The notes below the pieces were generated by a model, which saw only the letters and a list, made by a program, of their open reading frames with translations, did not search any database and was not told the origin of the DNA. Below are positions 1 to 13,190 of a stretch of DNA of 64,000 nucleotides, piece after piece. The position numbers and the translations under genes are program-made. How positions within the stretch are numbered: the first letter of the stretch is position 1; every line of letters begins with the position of its first letter. Source of the stretch: the human T2T-CHM13v2.0 reference genome, Homo sapiens; NCBI RefSeq assembly GCF_009914755.1, contig NC_060926.1; one strand, given 5' to 3'.

Positions 1-149
1 TTATGTTCTACTCCTCTGCAATGAGGCAGTGTGAATCAATGCCCCACTTTTAACTGGAGTGTTGTCAATGGCGCCCAGAGGAGGTGGCATATATACATAC
101 CACCAGCCCTCACGTTGAAGCTCAACAGTGAAACTTTGTACTGAAAAAT

Positions 150-1230
<1,081 letters not shown>

Positions 1231-1336
1231 AAGAATATCTAACTCATAGAATGAGCACAAATAAATTCATGTTGTCACACTCAATGAGCACAGAAATATA
1301 TGGACTTCATTGTCATGAAAGTAAAATGTAAAACTC

Positions 1337-1698
1337 TGTATTAGTCTGTTCTTGCACTGCTGATAAAGACATGCCTGAAACTGGGTAATTTATAAAGAAA
1401 AAGAGGTTTAATCGACTCACAGTTCCACGTGGCTGGGGAGGCCTCACAATCATGGCAGAAGGTGAAAGGACATCTTACATAGTGGCAGACAAGGGAGAAG
1501 TGAGAACCAAGAGAACGGGGTTTCCCCTTATAAAACTGTCAGATCTTGTGAGGCTCATTCACTACCATATGAACAGTATAGGAGAAACTGACCCCATGAT
1601 TCAATTGTCTCCCACTGGGTTCCTCCTGAAACACATGGAAATTATGGGAACTACAATTCAAGATGAGATTTGGGTGGGGACAAAGCCAAACCATATCA
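1337..1698 (-). mobile_element. THE1 (C/D-like) MaLR 3' LTR
   Basis: Reverse complement starts TGATATGGTTTGGCT and ends ACTAATACA; about 360 bp. Confidence 0.9.
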
Positions 1699-2110
1699 TT
1701 TCTCCCTGGCCCCTACCAAATCTCATATCCTCACATTTCAAAACCAATCATGCCTTCCTAACAGTGCCCCAAAGACTTTAACTCATTTCAACATTAACTC
1801 AAAAGTCCACATTCAAAAGGCTCATCTAACACAAGGCAAGTCCCTTCTGCATATGAGCCTGTGAAATCAAAAGCAATTTAGTTACTTCCTAGATACAATA
1901 AGGGTATAGGAATAGATACATACGCCCATTCCAAATGAGAGAAATTGGCCAAAACAAAGGAACTACAGGCCCCAAGAAATTCTGAAATCTGGAGCGAGGG
2001 GAGCGGGGGCAGTCAAATGTGAAAGCTCCAAAATTATCTCTTTTGACACCGTGTGGCACATCCAGGTCATACTGATGCAAGAGGTAGGTTCCCATGGTCT
2101 TGGGCAGCTC
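1699..2110 (-). mobile_element. THE1 internal region, 3' ~410 bp only
   Basis: Matches in reverse the 3' internal part of the full THE1 at ~49610-50040. Stops abruptly at 2110. Confidence 0.88.
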
Positions 2111-3743
2111 TTCTCTTTGTATATTATGAGTTTGGACAAATACTAATGACATCTGTCAGTCATTATAGTATTATACAGAGAGTTTTCACTGCCATAATAA
2201 TCCTCTGTGTTCCGCCTATTCATCAGTCCCCCAATCCCTGGTAATCACTAAACTTTTTGCTTTCTCCATCATTTTGCCTTTTTCAAAATGTCATATAGTT
2301 GGTATTGTACAGTATGTGACAATTTTTGATTGGTTCATATCACTTAGTAATATGTATCTAAGGTTCCTCCATGACTTTTCATGACTTGATAGTTCATTTC
2401 TTTTTGGTGCTGAGTAGTATTCTATTGTCTGGGTGTATCACAGTTTATTTATCCATTTACCTACTGAAGGACATTTTATTTGCTTCCAAATTTTGACAAC
2501 TAAGACGAAAGCTGCTAAAAGCATCTGTGTGCAGCTTCTTGCATGAACATAAGTTGTCAACTTCTTTTGGTTAATACAAAAAAGCGAAATTGCTGGAACA
2601 TATGGTACGAATATGTTTAGTTTGTCAAGAAATGTCTTGCCAAACTGTCTAACTGAGTATATGGTTTAAGATTCCCACTAGCAATGAATTAGAGTTCCTG
2701 TTGCTCCACATGCTCAACAGCATTTGGTGCTTCAGTCTTCCAGATTTTGGCCATTCTAGTAGGTGTGTAGCATTATGTCACTGTTATTTTAATTTGAATT
2801 TCCCTGGTGACATATGACGTGGAACATCTTTTTATATGAGTATTTTCCATCTGATATATATGTTCTTTTATGAAGTGTCATTTAAGGTCATTGGTCCATT
2901 TTTTAATTAGATTGTTTGCTTTCTTATTGTTGAGTTTTCAGAGTTCTTTGTATATTTTGGATAATAGTCCTTGATTAGGTGTGTCTTTTGAAAATATTTT
3001 TTCTATCAATATATGGCTTGTTGTATTCTGTCTACATTTTCTTTCACACAGAAGTTTTAAAATGTAATAAAGTCCAGTTTATCAATTATTTATTTCGTGG
3101 AGCATGCCTTTTTTGTTGTATCTAAGAAGCCATCACCATACTCAAGGTTATCTAGGTTTCATCCTATGTTATCTTCTAAGAGTTTTATAGTTTTGCCTTT
3201 TACATTCATATCTATGATCCATTTTAAGTTAATTTTTGAAAAGTGTTTAAAGTTTATGTCTAGATTCATTTTTTTTCATGTGGATGTCTAGTTGTTACAA
3301 TACTATTTGTTGTAAAGAGTTTTTTGCTTTATTGTATTGCCTTTGCTCTCTTAATTATATTTATAGGGATCTATTTCTGCACTCTCTATTCTGTTACATT
3401 GATTTATTTGCCTGTTCTTCCGCCAATGCCACACTATCAAAATTATTACAGCTTTATCGTACATCTTGAAGAGAGACAGTGTCATCCTCCAGCTTTTTAC
3501 TTCTCCTTCAATATGTGTTGCCTATTTTGTAGTTTTAGCTCTTCAAATAAACTCTAGAATAAGTTTGTTAAATGCAAAATATCTTAGATGGATTTTCATT
3601 TGGATTCCACTGAATCTATAGAGCAGGATAAGAAGAACTGACATCTTGACAATATTGAATCTTACAAGTCATAAACATGGAATATCTCTTTATTTAGTGC
3701 TTACTTGATTTCATTTGTCCATTTGTCGGAGTTTTCTAATTTC

Positions 3744-4052
3744 TTTTCATTTTATTTTATTTTTATTTTTTGAGACAGCGTCTGGCTCTGTGGCCTAGGC
3801 TGGAGTATGGTGCTGCGATTTCGGCTCACTACAACCTCTGCTTCCTGGGTTAAAGCAATTCTCCTGCCTCAGCCACCGGCGTAGCTGGGACTACAGGCAC
3901 GTGCCACCACGCCTGGCAAATTTTTCATATTTTTAGTAAAGACCGCGTTTCACCGTGTTAGCCAGGATGGTCTCTATCTCCTGACCTCGTGATATGCCCA
4001 CCTCGGCCTCCCAAAGTGCTGGGATTACAGGCATGAGCCACCGCGCCCGGCC
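3744..4052 (-). mobile_element. AluSc/Sc8-like SINE with 17-bp TSD
   Basis: Antisense Alu dimer. TSD cggagttttctaatttc (3727-3743) / cagaattttctaatttc (4053-4069). Confidence 0.92.
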
Positions 4053-4920
4053 CAGAATTTTCTAATTTCTATCAAATAGATCTTATATATATTTTATTAG
4101 AGGTTTTCTTAAGTGTTTTATTTTTTGGTTTGCTTATGTTTTCAATTTCAAATTGAACTTGGTCATTGCTGGTATATGGGAAAGCAACTGACTTTTGTGT
4201 ATTAATCTTATATCCTGTAACCTTACTATAATCATGTATTCGGTCCAGAAGATTTTTTTTTGTCTATTTTTGAATGTTCTAAGATGATCATGCAATCTAT
4301 AAACAAAGTTTTATTTCTTCCTTCCGATCTGTACACCTTCTATTGCCCATTATTGCCTTACTGTATTAGCTAGTATGTCTAACACAATGTTGAAAAGGAA
4401 TAATGAGAGAAGACATCCTTAACTTCTTCCTGATCACAGTGGAAAACCTTTGAGTTTCTCACTATTAAATATGACGTTACCAGTAGTATTTTTGCAGATT
4501 TTAAAATATCAAGTTGAGGAAGCTCCCCTCTATTCCTAGTTTACTGAAGGTTTTTTTGTTGTGTTTTGTTTTTCATCATGATTCTGTGATGGATTTTTTC
4601 AAATACCTTTTCTGCATCTATTGATATAAGCATGTGTTTTTCCTTTGTAAGCCTGTTGACGTTGTGGATTGTATTAATTGATTGCTGAATATTGAACCAG
4701 CTTTGTATGCCTGGGATAAATCTCATTTGCTCATGGTGTGTAATTATTTTTATACATACTGAATTTTATTTGCTAATATTTTGTTGAGAATTTTTGCATC
4801 TATATTCATAAGAGAGATTGGTCTATAGTTTTTTTTCTTAGATTGTCTTTGGTTTTGGTATCAGGGTAATGTTGGCTGCATGGAATGAATTAGGGAGTAT
4901 TTCCTCCATATTAACATGCC

Positions 4921-5061
4921 ACGTAGGTTTGTAGTCTAGTGTGTAGCAGGCTATACCATCTTGGTTTGTATAGGTGTACTCTATGATGTTTGTACAATGA
5001 CAAAATCGCTTAACAATGCATTTGTCAGAATGTATCCCCTTTGTTAAGTGATGCATGACTG
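4921..5061 (+). mobile_element. Tigger3 (MER7/Golem) DNA transposon, one terminus only
   Basis: 'ctatgatgtttgtacaatgacaaaatcgcttaacaatgcatttgtcagaatgtatcccctttgttaagtgatgcatgactg' followed by TA. Confidence 0.82.
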
Positions 5062-7667
5062 TAGTTGAACTAATGTCTATTATATTTGTTACAGTTTTCC
5101 ATTATTTCCCATTTTTATTTGTTCCTACTTTTGTGTTCCACTCTTTTTATGTATTTTGTGGTTTCAACTGAGTATTTTATATAATTTCATTTTTTCATTT
5201 ATGAAGCATATCAGTTATAGTTCTTTTGTATTTTACTTTTTAAAGAGGTTTCCCTAGAGTTTGCAGTATCCACTTACAGCTAATTCAACTCCACTTTCGC
5301 ATTAGACTATACTGCTTTATGAGTAATAGAATTATCTTATAACAAAATAATTATAGTTTCTCCCTTCTGTTCTTTGTATTATTGCTGGCATTCATTGTAA
5401 CTACATATAATTACATAAGCACACACATACATATATATGCACAGGATATATACATAAACATACATAATTAAATGCATTCTTACTATCATTATTTTAAACA
5501 AACTCTTATCTGTTAGATCAATTAAGAATGAGAGAGTCAAACATTTTATTTTTACCTTATTCTCCCTTCAATCCTCTGTCATTCTTTATGTATTCTTTAT
5601 GTATACTAACGTTCCCGAGCTATATTATTTTTCTTCTCTCTAAAAGTCTTCTTTTAGCACTTCTTTCAAGTCAGGTCAACCAGCAACAAGTTCCCTTGTT
5701 TTTGGAACAAGGAACTTTTCCCTGTAAAAGTTTCCCTGTAAAAGTCTGGATTTCTTCTTTTTGATGATAATTTTGCAGGGCACATATTTCTAGAGTGGTG
5801 AACATATTTCATCTATTCTCTTCTTGCTAATATGGTTTCTGAGAAGTGTAATGTAATTCTTCTTACTCCATAGGTGAGGTGTTTTTCCCCTGCTGGCTTC
5901 TTTCAGGGTTTTTCTCCACCTTTGATTTTTCTGTAGTTTGAAAATGATATGACTAAGTGTAGTGTCTTTGGCATTTATCTTGTTTTGTGTTCTCAGCTTC
6001 CTGGATCTGTAGTTTCATGTCTGACATTAACGTGGGTAAATTCTCAGTCATTGTTTTAAATATTCATTCTGTCCCTTTTTTTCTTATCCTTCTAGTATTC
6101 CTATTAAACTTGCATTATACCTTCTGTAGCTGTCCCACAGTGCTTGGATATTCTGTTTGTTTTTTCAGGCTTCCTTTTTTTTTTCCAGTTTTGGAGGTTT
6201 TATTGATATAACCTTAAGCTAGTAAGTCCTTCTTCAGCCATATTCCTTACACTAATACGTTCATAAAAGACATTCTTCATTTCTGTTACCGTTTTTGGTC
6301 TCTAGAATTTCATGTAGGTCCTTCTTAGGCTTTCCATCTCTGTGCTTACACTGATCATCTGTTCTTGCATGCTGTCCACTTTGTCCATTAGAGCCTTTAG
6401 CTATTAATCATAGTTGTTTCAAATTCCCAGACTAATAATCACAATATCACTGCCAGGTCTGGCTTTAATGCTTGCTCTGTCTTTTCAAATTGTGTTTTTT
6501 GCTTTCTAGTAATTTTTTTCTTGATAATCAGATACCATGCATTGGGTGAGAAAAACCACTATGAATTCAAAATGTAGAAGTAAGTTCTTGGGGGAGGGAA
6601 GCATTCTACAGTCTCTATGCTTAGGTTTCAGTCTTTTAGTGAGTTTATGCTTCTGGACTATACATTTTATTATACAATTATTTATTCAGTTTATTTTCTC
6701 TCCTTATGTGGGACTGAATGGCTAGAATGAGGTAGATTTGAGCACTTCCCTTCTCTTACATAAACAGCTGGAGCTAACCTGAGTTGGATATTTCCCTCCT
6801 TCAAGGTCTGTTAGGCTCTAATAAAATCCCAGCAAATTAGACTCTGATTAACTAGTTCTTTTCAATGAGAAACTATGTTTTAAGTCACCAGATTTGTGAT
6901 AATTTGTCCTACAATACATCACAAATATAGTTAGTTTTCATACAAAGTTTAGATAGTCATAGATTTCCCCTCTTCAGAAAATAAAAGAAGAGCAGAATTC
7001 AACGTACTTCTTCAAAATGTGTGAGAGAGAAAGTAATAAAATTTTATAGACAGTATATCTGTTTGCTAGGAACTATTGTGTATTTTTAGTACACAGTAAT
7101 GACTGTACAGCATGCAAAACTATCAAGCTTAATGTATATTCCAAAATCAAGCATGTAGAAGTCTTGTCGAATTTAGTTGCTGCCAATATCGTCCTTAGAA
7201 ATAGTAGGTTGGCTTTGCAACTATATGTAGAAAATGGTTATAGTAAACAATTCCTCTCCGATGTTTGCCATGAAATTGAATCACGATATCAAAAATATGT
7301 CTAGTTTGCTGAGGTACAAATGGCTTACTGCTGAGACAGAAGGGAATGGAATTATATCAAAAAAGGGCTAAAGCTTGTAAGAAATGGATGAGAATGGGAT
7401 AGAAAAAGCCCAGTGTCAGCAAGGAGATCATGATGTACAAGTTTGATTTGGGGAGATGTAAAGGAGAGATACCTTTAAGTTTTTTATATTTTTTATTTGC
7501 CTTGGGAAAGATATCTTTTAAGGAAACGATTTTGGAATCTGAATTCTTCTTACTTTGTCATATAAATAAAAATGCAGACAATTGAATATTTTGTATTTCT
7601 TTCTTTTCTGTTCTAAGGTACTTCTCAAATAAACAATTGTGTTTGTATCAACAGTTTATTAGAATAT

Positions 7668-7910
7668 TGCTTTCAGCCATGATGTAGTAACGTAGACCAG
7701 GTTTGCCCTACAGCCCAGAGCAAGCAATAAGTCTGAAAAAATATTGGAAATCATGGTTTTAAAGACAGTGGACATCAAGCTACAATAGATAGTGATCTTA
7801 AAACATTGAAAGCAAAAGAGGAGAGCTCTAAAATTGCTCTAGCTTACTACACTGCATTCTCAATTTCTACCAAGGAGGAGGAAACAAGGCAAAATCCAGT
7901 GGACTCCCTA
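7668..7910 (+). mobile_element. Possible old L1M 5'-end fragment
   Basis: 'ttcagccatgatgtagtaac...tggttttaaagacagtggacatcaagc...agtgatc' resembles L1M 5' UTR consensus. Confidence 0.45.
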
Positions 7911-8846
7911 TACTTACATTGCTTACTTTTTGTAGCATTTCTTAGATTGTTGTTTTTTTAATTTTCATACTTCTTCCAAAAGTACTATTATTGCATGACT
8001 TAGAATAACAAAACTGGTAAGTGGAATAATAGAAGGGCTAAAGATTTAATGCTAAAAGCTAATCAGCCCATACATGTTTATGGGATATTTCACATATGCT
8101 GGTTTCTGTGTTCCCTTGATTTTACATCTATGGACACTGGCACTGGACTGTGGTATCACTTTCTTCAGTTACACTACAGCCAAGGATTGTCCAAACATAA
8201 TGGGTAAGTGAAGAGGAACGAGAAGATATGTTAATTTTTTTCCCAATGTATTCCTCAGTGGTATTTTTCCATCAGCCCCTGTTCCCTGGTGCAGCCTCAG
8301 CTGCTTCTGCTTTCCCCTCTGCACTCTTCTCTCTCCTGCCTCCTCAGAGTTCACAGGTCTTCTCTCTTCCCAAGGCATGTGCTACTGTTCTTGTTCTTGT
8401 CATTATTTTATGCCCTCATGTTAATATTCAAAAAGGTAAAATTATTACTTTTATGCAGATGTAAAAACAAAAAACCTTTTAAAGTTCTTATTCTACTGAG
8501 TAATTAATGAGGGATCCAAGGAAATGTTTTAGCTGGTTCAACAGAGAATCTCGTAAGCAAACACATTTAGAGATCAGTACTAATTCCATGAATATGCAAA
8601 TGGAACAAAACTGTTTGTTTCTCATGGGAGTGAAGCCAAATGAACCTCCATTGTATAGGACAGGATTTGCTTGTCTATAGAAAAGAAATATTTTGCATCG
8701 TTATTGGATTATCTACAACTTAAAGAGTTCTAAATAGCCTCCATAAAATAGGAATCAGGCAACCCTGAAAGGGATCCTCTAGAGTTTTAAAAATTCAGTG
8801 AAGCACAAATATTATCCTGCTCTGGCTTTCTTATTTCCTTTTACAG

Positions 8847-8889
8847 TTGCTATAGGGTTAATCCCTGAAGAGAAAACCAGCAGCCCATG
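8847..8889 (+). other. Candidate 43-nt spliced exon (host transcript unknown)
   Basis: Acceptor 'ctttcttatttccttttacag|' and donor 'catg|gtgagt' in non-repeat sequence. Confidence 0.35.
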
Positions 8890-10989
8890 GTGAGTCACCG
8901 AGATGAATTGGATGTGAACTTCAGCAAATTTATCATTATTTCTCTTTTACTTATTTTCCGGCAACATTATGGAATAATTTCCTTAGAAACAAATGCAAAA
9001 ATAAAAATAACATCATTTATCCAGTCTTCTAAGGGACTTGAAATTTATGTTCAGTAACAAATTTTAAAATGATAAACCAGATAATTTTCTTATAAATTTC
9101 ACCTCTTTTTCCTTTAAAAAATGAAGCGCCAATATAATACACATTTTGGCACAATCTGATGATTTTGATTTCCATATTTTTGAATATCCTATGTTATGGC
9201 ATTAAGATGTAAAAACTTTACATTTATGTTGGTATCAAGTAGGTATTGTCTTAGACTTGAAGATATTTTACATAAATAAGAATGATTGAATATTATACTG
9301 AATGCTGCAATATAAAAATGTATAATCAATCTGATATATCACATACTGAGTATCATCATTTGATCATTCAACAATATCATCATTTGATTATTCATCATTT
9401 TGTCCCTGGTTGATTTGATGGCTTTCATAGCTACACATGCGCACACACACACACAGAGATACATACATATGTATACACTTCTTTATATTTACTGATATAT
9501 TTACATATATATATATCAGTCACAACTACTAATGATTTTCTTCACTTGTTTGCACGTTTAAGTTTTAGTCATAATGTAAATTTATTCCCTTTATGAAGTA
9601 TGCAAATTAAATCAGAATTTGCACATATGGAAAGAACTCATGTACCTAGAAACAGTAAATGTCACATGAGATTTTTAATACGAAGAACAAATACTACATA
9701 AATAATGTGGTATATTGATTATGAAAACTATTTTCTTGGAGCACAGTAGTTATTCTGGAATATTCCTTTGTCAGTTAGATCCTGGTAAATTGCTAGATTA
9801 TTTTTTCCTGCAACCCCCCCTTCTCCATTCCCCATGCCCACTATTCCAAAACATGAGAATGATACAAGACCACATCATTGAGTGTGTTTTCTGTTTATCT
9901 TTACAGCTAGGTGAAAAAACAAACCTTAAACATGAAAAATAAACAAAATAAGCAGTGTTCATAAGTGATGTTCGGAGACCCTAATCCAAAGATAGCGCTG
10001 ACTTGATTTTTTCTTATTTAAATGCAAATACTTTATCTTGCTGAAACATTCACTTTCCGTTTCAGTGGCAATTACTGACTGTGCACAGCTGTGCCCCACC
10101 CCTCAATTGTCAATAATGTACTATTTCAACCCTAGGAAAAAATTATTCTTTAACTGTTATAACCACACTATTTTTGAATGTATTAGCGTCATCCTCTTCC
10201 ATGTCACAGGCTTCACTGCACTCCAATTCCAATTGGTTTTGTGACTGCTATGGTCAATTCTACTCAAGGCACCTGACGATAGCTAAGGTTTCCAAGACAG
10301 GGATTTCAGCTATGAACAGTTTCTTTCCATTTCAGGCTTCTCCTCCACTTGTTCAAAATCTGAGCTATCCTACCACATATCTTTAAGCTCTGTCAGTGTA
10401 TTCATTAGTATTCTCAAGAAATACTAAGAAGTATGTGTTTCTCCTAGAAGTATGTATAACTTATATTTAGTATAAAACTCATTATATGACTGCTATTCTT
10501 GAAGAGAGAAGACTTTTACTTGGTAGGACTGGATTTTTCAGGAAAGTGTTCATGATATAGCTTTGATATATGTTCCACTAGAGTAGCCTTCTCAAGAACC
10601 AACTAATCCCCAGCTTCATTAGCTGATTAAAGGATGAAATCCACCTAGGGATTTAGAATCCTTTTTTGTAAGTTAATGGCCTGAAAGGATGGAAATACAG
10701 GGGAGAATAAAATGGTTTCTCTTCAAACTTAAAAAAAGAGAAGGTTTGAATTTGTTATTTTAATTAGGGCACCATTTGTGGCATGATGACGGCATTTATC
10801 ATTATACAGAGAATTGATTCTCAGAAAAAAAACAAAAGGTTCCAGAGAGGCAACTGTGAATTAAAATTGATGATGGTGACAAAGATGATGATGATATAAT
10901 GAATATCACATTACACAACATTTTACATGCCGTATGAAATTTATAGTGCTTTATTTCATTCTCACACATTTTCCTAGCGGCGTCAGGAT

Positions 10990-11180
10990 AGGAGTATCTT
11001 AATGTAGCTTCCAGAGCCAGATGGTGTTGGTTTGACTCCTCAGTTCACAACTTCCTAGCTGAGTGACCTTGTAGGTTTTTTTTTTTTGATCATCCATAAA
11101 ATGGAGACATTAATATTAAATAAGATAATGTGTATAAAGGACTCGGTACATTGTACATTTTTAATTTATTATTACCACCA
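10990..11180 (+). mobile_element. MIR SINE
   Basis: 'cttcctagctgagtgaccttg...catccataaaatggaga...taaataagataatgtgtataaag' MIR core. Confidence 0.7.
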
Positions 11181-11289
11181 TCATACAAGTCAGAAAATTT
11201 AGAATTCAAAGCGTTAAATAGCATACTTGAAAGAGCCAGTATATGGTTTGATGGACTTCAATCCCAGGTGTTTATAATTTCAGTCCAGA

Positions 11290-11455
11290 GTGATTCTGAG
11301 TCAGAATGTTTAAATTTAATCCTGCCTTCCACCTACTAGCCATATGCTTTAGGAAACATTATAAAATCTGCTTGAGTCCCAACTGATGTCTTCAAAATCA
11401 GAGTGATAATAATATAAATATTTTAAGAGTTATCCTAAAATGTAAATGACCTGAT
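11290..11455 (+). mobile_element. MIR SINE fragment
   Basis: 'ctgagtcagaatg...aatcctgccttccacctactagc' MIR 5' region. Confidence 0.55.
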
Positions 11456-11511
11456 ATATATATCATATATATCATAGTATATATATCATATTTTATATAT
11501 TATATATATGA

Positions 11512-11550
<39 letters not shown>
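11452..11550. repeat. (TA)n/(TG)n compound microsatellite
   Basis: Direct reading. Confidence 0.9.
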
Positions 11551-12587
11551 GGCAAGAGAGATCTATGCACATAGAGACCACTCAATTAATGTTTAATACA
11601 ATTATTATGTATTATACTTTGCAGTCTCTCTGATATTTTTGTGTAACTATTATTAAAATAATTTAATTTTATCAATATAAATTATATAAATTATATTCCT
11701 TTAATCAAGTTACCTTATTTTTACATTCAGATGCATGATCTGTTTTGAAATCATCTCTATTGCCATCTACTCTTATTGGATGCCAAGTTACTTCTAAAAC
11801 TATTATAATGTTTTCTTGAATAGCACAGTCTATGGATATAACTTAGATTGCCTGATGCATGTTGATTCTTTTATGTGCATCCAAACATAAAACACTATCA
11901 AGATTAGGGCTGTGTTGACTTCAGATGGAGGGCTTATAAGTGTTTTGCTGTTTTACTTTAAACCAAACAGCCCTTCTAATGCTACCTTGAACTTAGAGGA
12001 ATGGCTTTATTTCCAGACTAATTAATATGACTCCGTACCACCAGAATTGTTCAGTTTGAACTAAGTCAGGTAGTTCAAGTGATAACTTTGAAAGCCTCAA
12101 AGTATTTGTTAGTCTCTGTACAAATAAGTCAGTTGTTAGTCACCTACTGGTATTTAGAGTATTTTCAGAGTATGATGAGTCTCAACAGAAGAACACATGG
12201 CTCCTGGAATTGGTAACAATTTCCAAATTGTTGAGGAAACAGAGTCAGACATATTTATTTTTGTTTATTTTTTAGACACAGGGGAGAATAAACAGTTAAT
12301 ACTTTTTTTTAAACAGAAATAAAACTAAATTTAAGAGGCTGGTAGAGAAAGGATGCAGAGGGAAGAAAAAGGGGAAATTAGTGATTTGAGTGAGGCAGAA
12401 ATATTTGAGAATATAAACTTCCAAAGCCAAAAGCATGTAGATGGAAAGAAGAAGAAAAGAAATTTTTCAAAATGAAAACACACAAAGGAACAATAAGCAT
12501 GCATAGATGGAAAGACAAAATATTGACTTCCGTTATTCAAACCAAACATCCCACTGAAAACAATGAAATATGCTAAAGTGTGTGTGT

Positions 12588-13050
12588 GTGTGGTGTGTTA
12601 GCTTGCAAAATGACCTGATTCCTTCAACTCTTCTTATATCCACAACTTTTCATACACATGTACAGCTTCTTATATTAAAACATAGAGTCTATTTCCCCTG
12701 TCCTGCTTGTAAGACTTGCTTTGGCAATACAATGCCACCAAAGCTGTGGTGTGTCAATTCCACACCAAAACCTCAAGATGCCTTATGCACTTCATCGTTT
12801 GCAGAACACTGCCATTGAGAATGAACATTTGAACAATACCTGACTAGCCTGTTGGATGATATGAAACTATGAGAATTAGATCTGAGAACACTAATTTATC
12901 CCAATAGAGGCACCAGGCATGTGGGAGACCCTAGCTAATATCAGCAAAGACAATTCACAGCTCACACACTGTCTGACTGCAGTTGTATGATCAAAGGCAT
13001 CCTAGACCAGTGGGGTACAAGTGACCGAAGATTCATGAGCTAATTGGATA
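12588..13050 (+). mobile_element. Old MLT1-family MaLR LTR
   Basis: 'agagtctatttcccct...cttgtaagacttgctttggcaatacaatg' and 'gattcatgagctaa' are MLT1-like. Highly diverged. Confidence 0.6.
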
Positions 13051-13051
13051 T

Positions 13052-13086
13052 TTCTCCCTCCCTCCCTCTCTCTCTCTCTCTCTCTC

Positions 13087-13121
<35 letters not shown>

Positions 13122-13190
13122 AATGTGTGTGTATATATATAGAGAGATATATATAGTATATATAGATCTATAAATATATATATATATATA
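13052..13190. repeat. (TC)n-(TAGA)8-(TA)n compound STR
   Basis: Uninterrupted TAGA run at 13087-13120. Confidence 0.95.

Larger units (their letters stand above)
2111..6850 (-). mobile_element. L1MC-type LINE (3'UTR, ORF2 and ORF1 remnants) with deletions
   Basis: Antisense L1 ORF2 motifs ('ctgggataaatctcatttgctcatggtg', 'ttttctgcatctattgatat') and an L1MC-like 3'UTR. Homologous in reverse to the + strand copy at 31-36.5 kb. Confidence 0.8.

Noticed and set aside
1240-1320. Short repeat 'aatgagcaca' considered as part of a C/D snoRNA
   Set aside because: No properly placed box C (RUGAUGA) and box D (CUGA) with a terminal stem on either strand.
9351-9398. 24-bp diverged tandem duplication (also a 16-bp one near 41095 and an A-rich tract at 14480-14590)
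   Set aside because: Ordinary slippage products in AT-rich DNA with no further structure.
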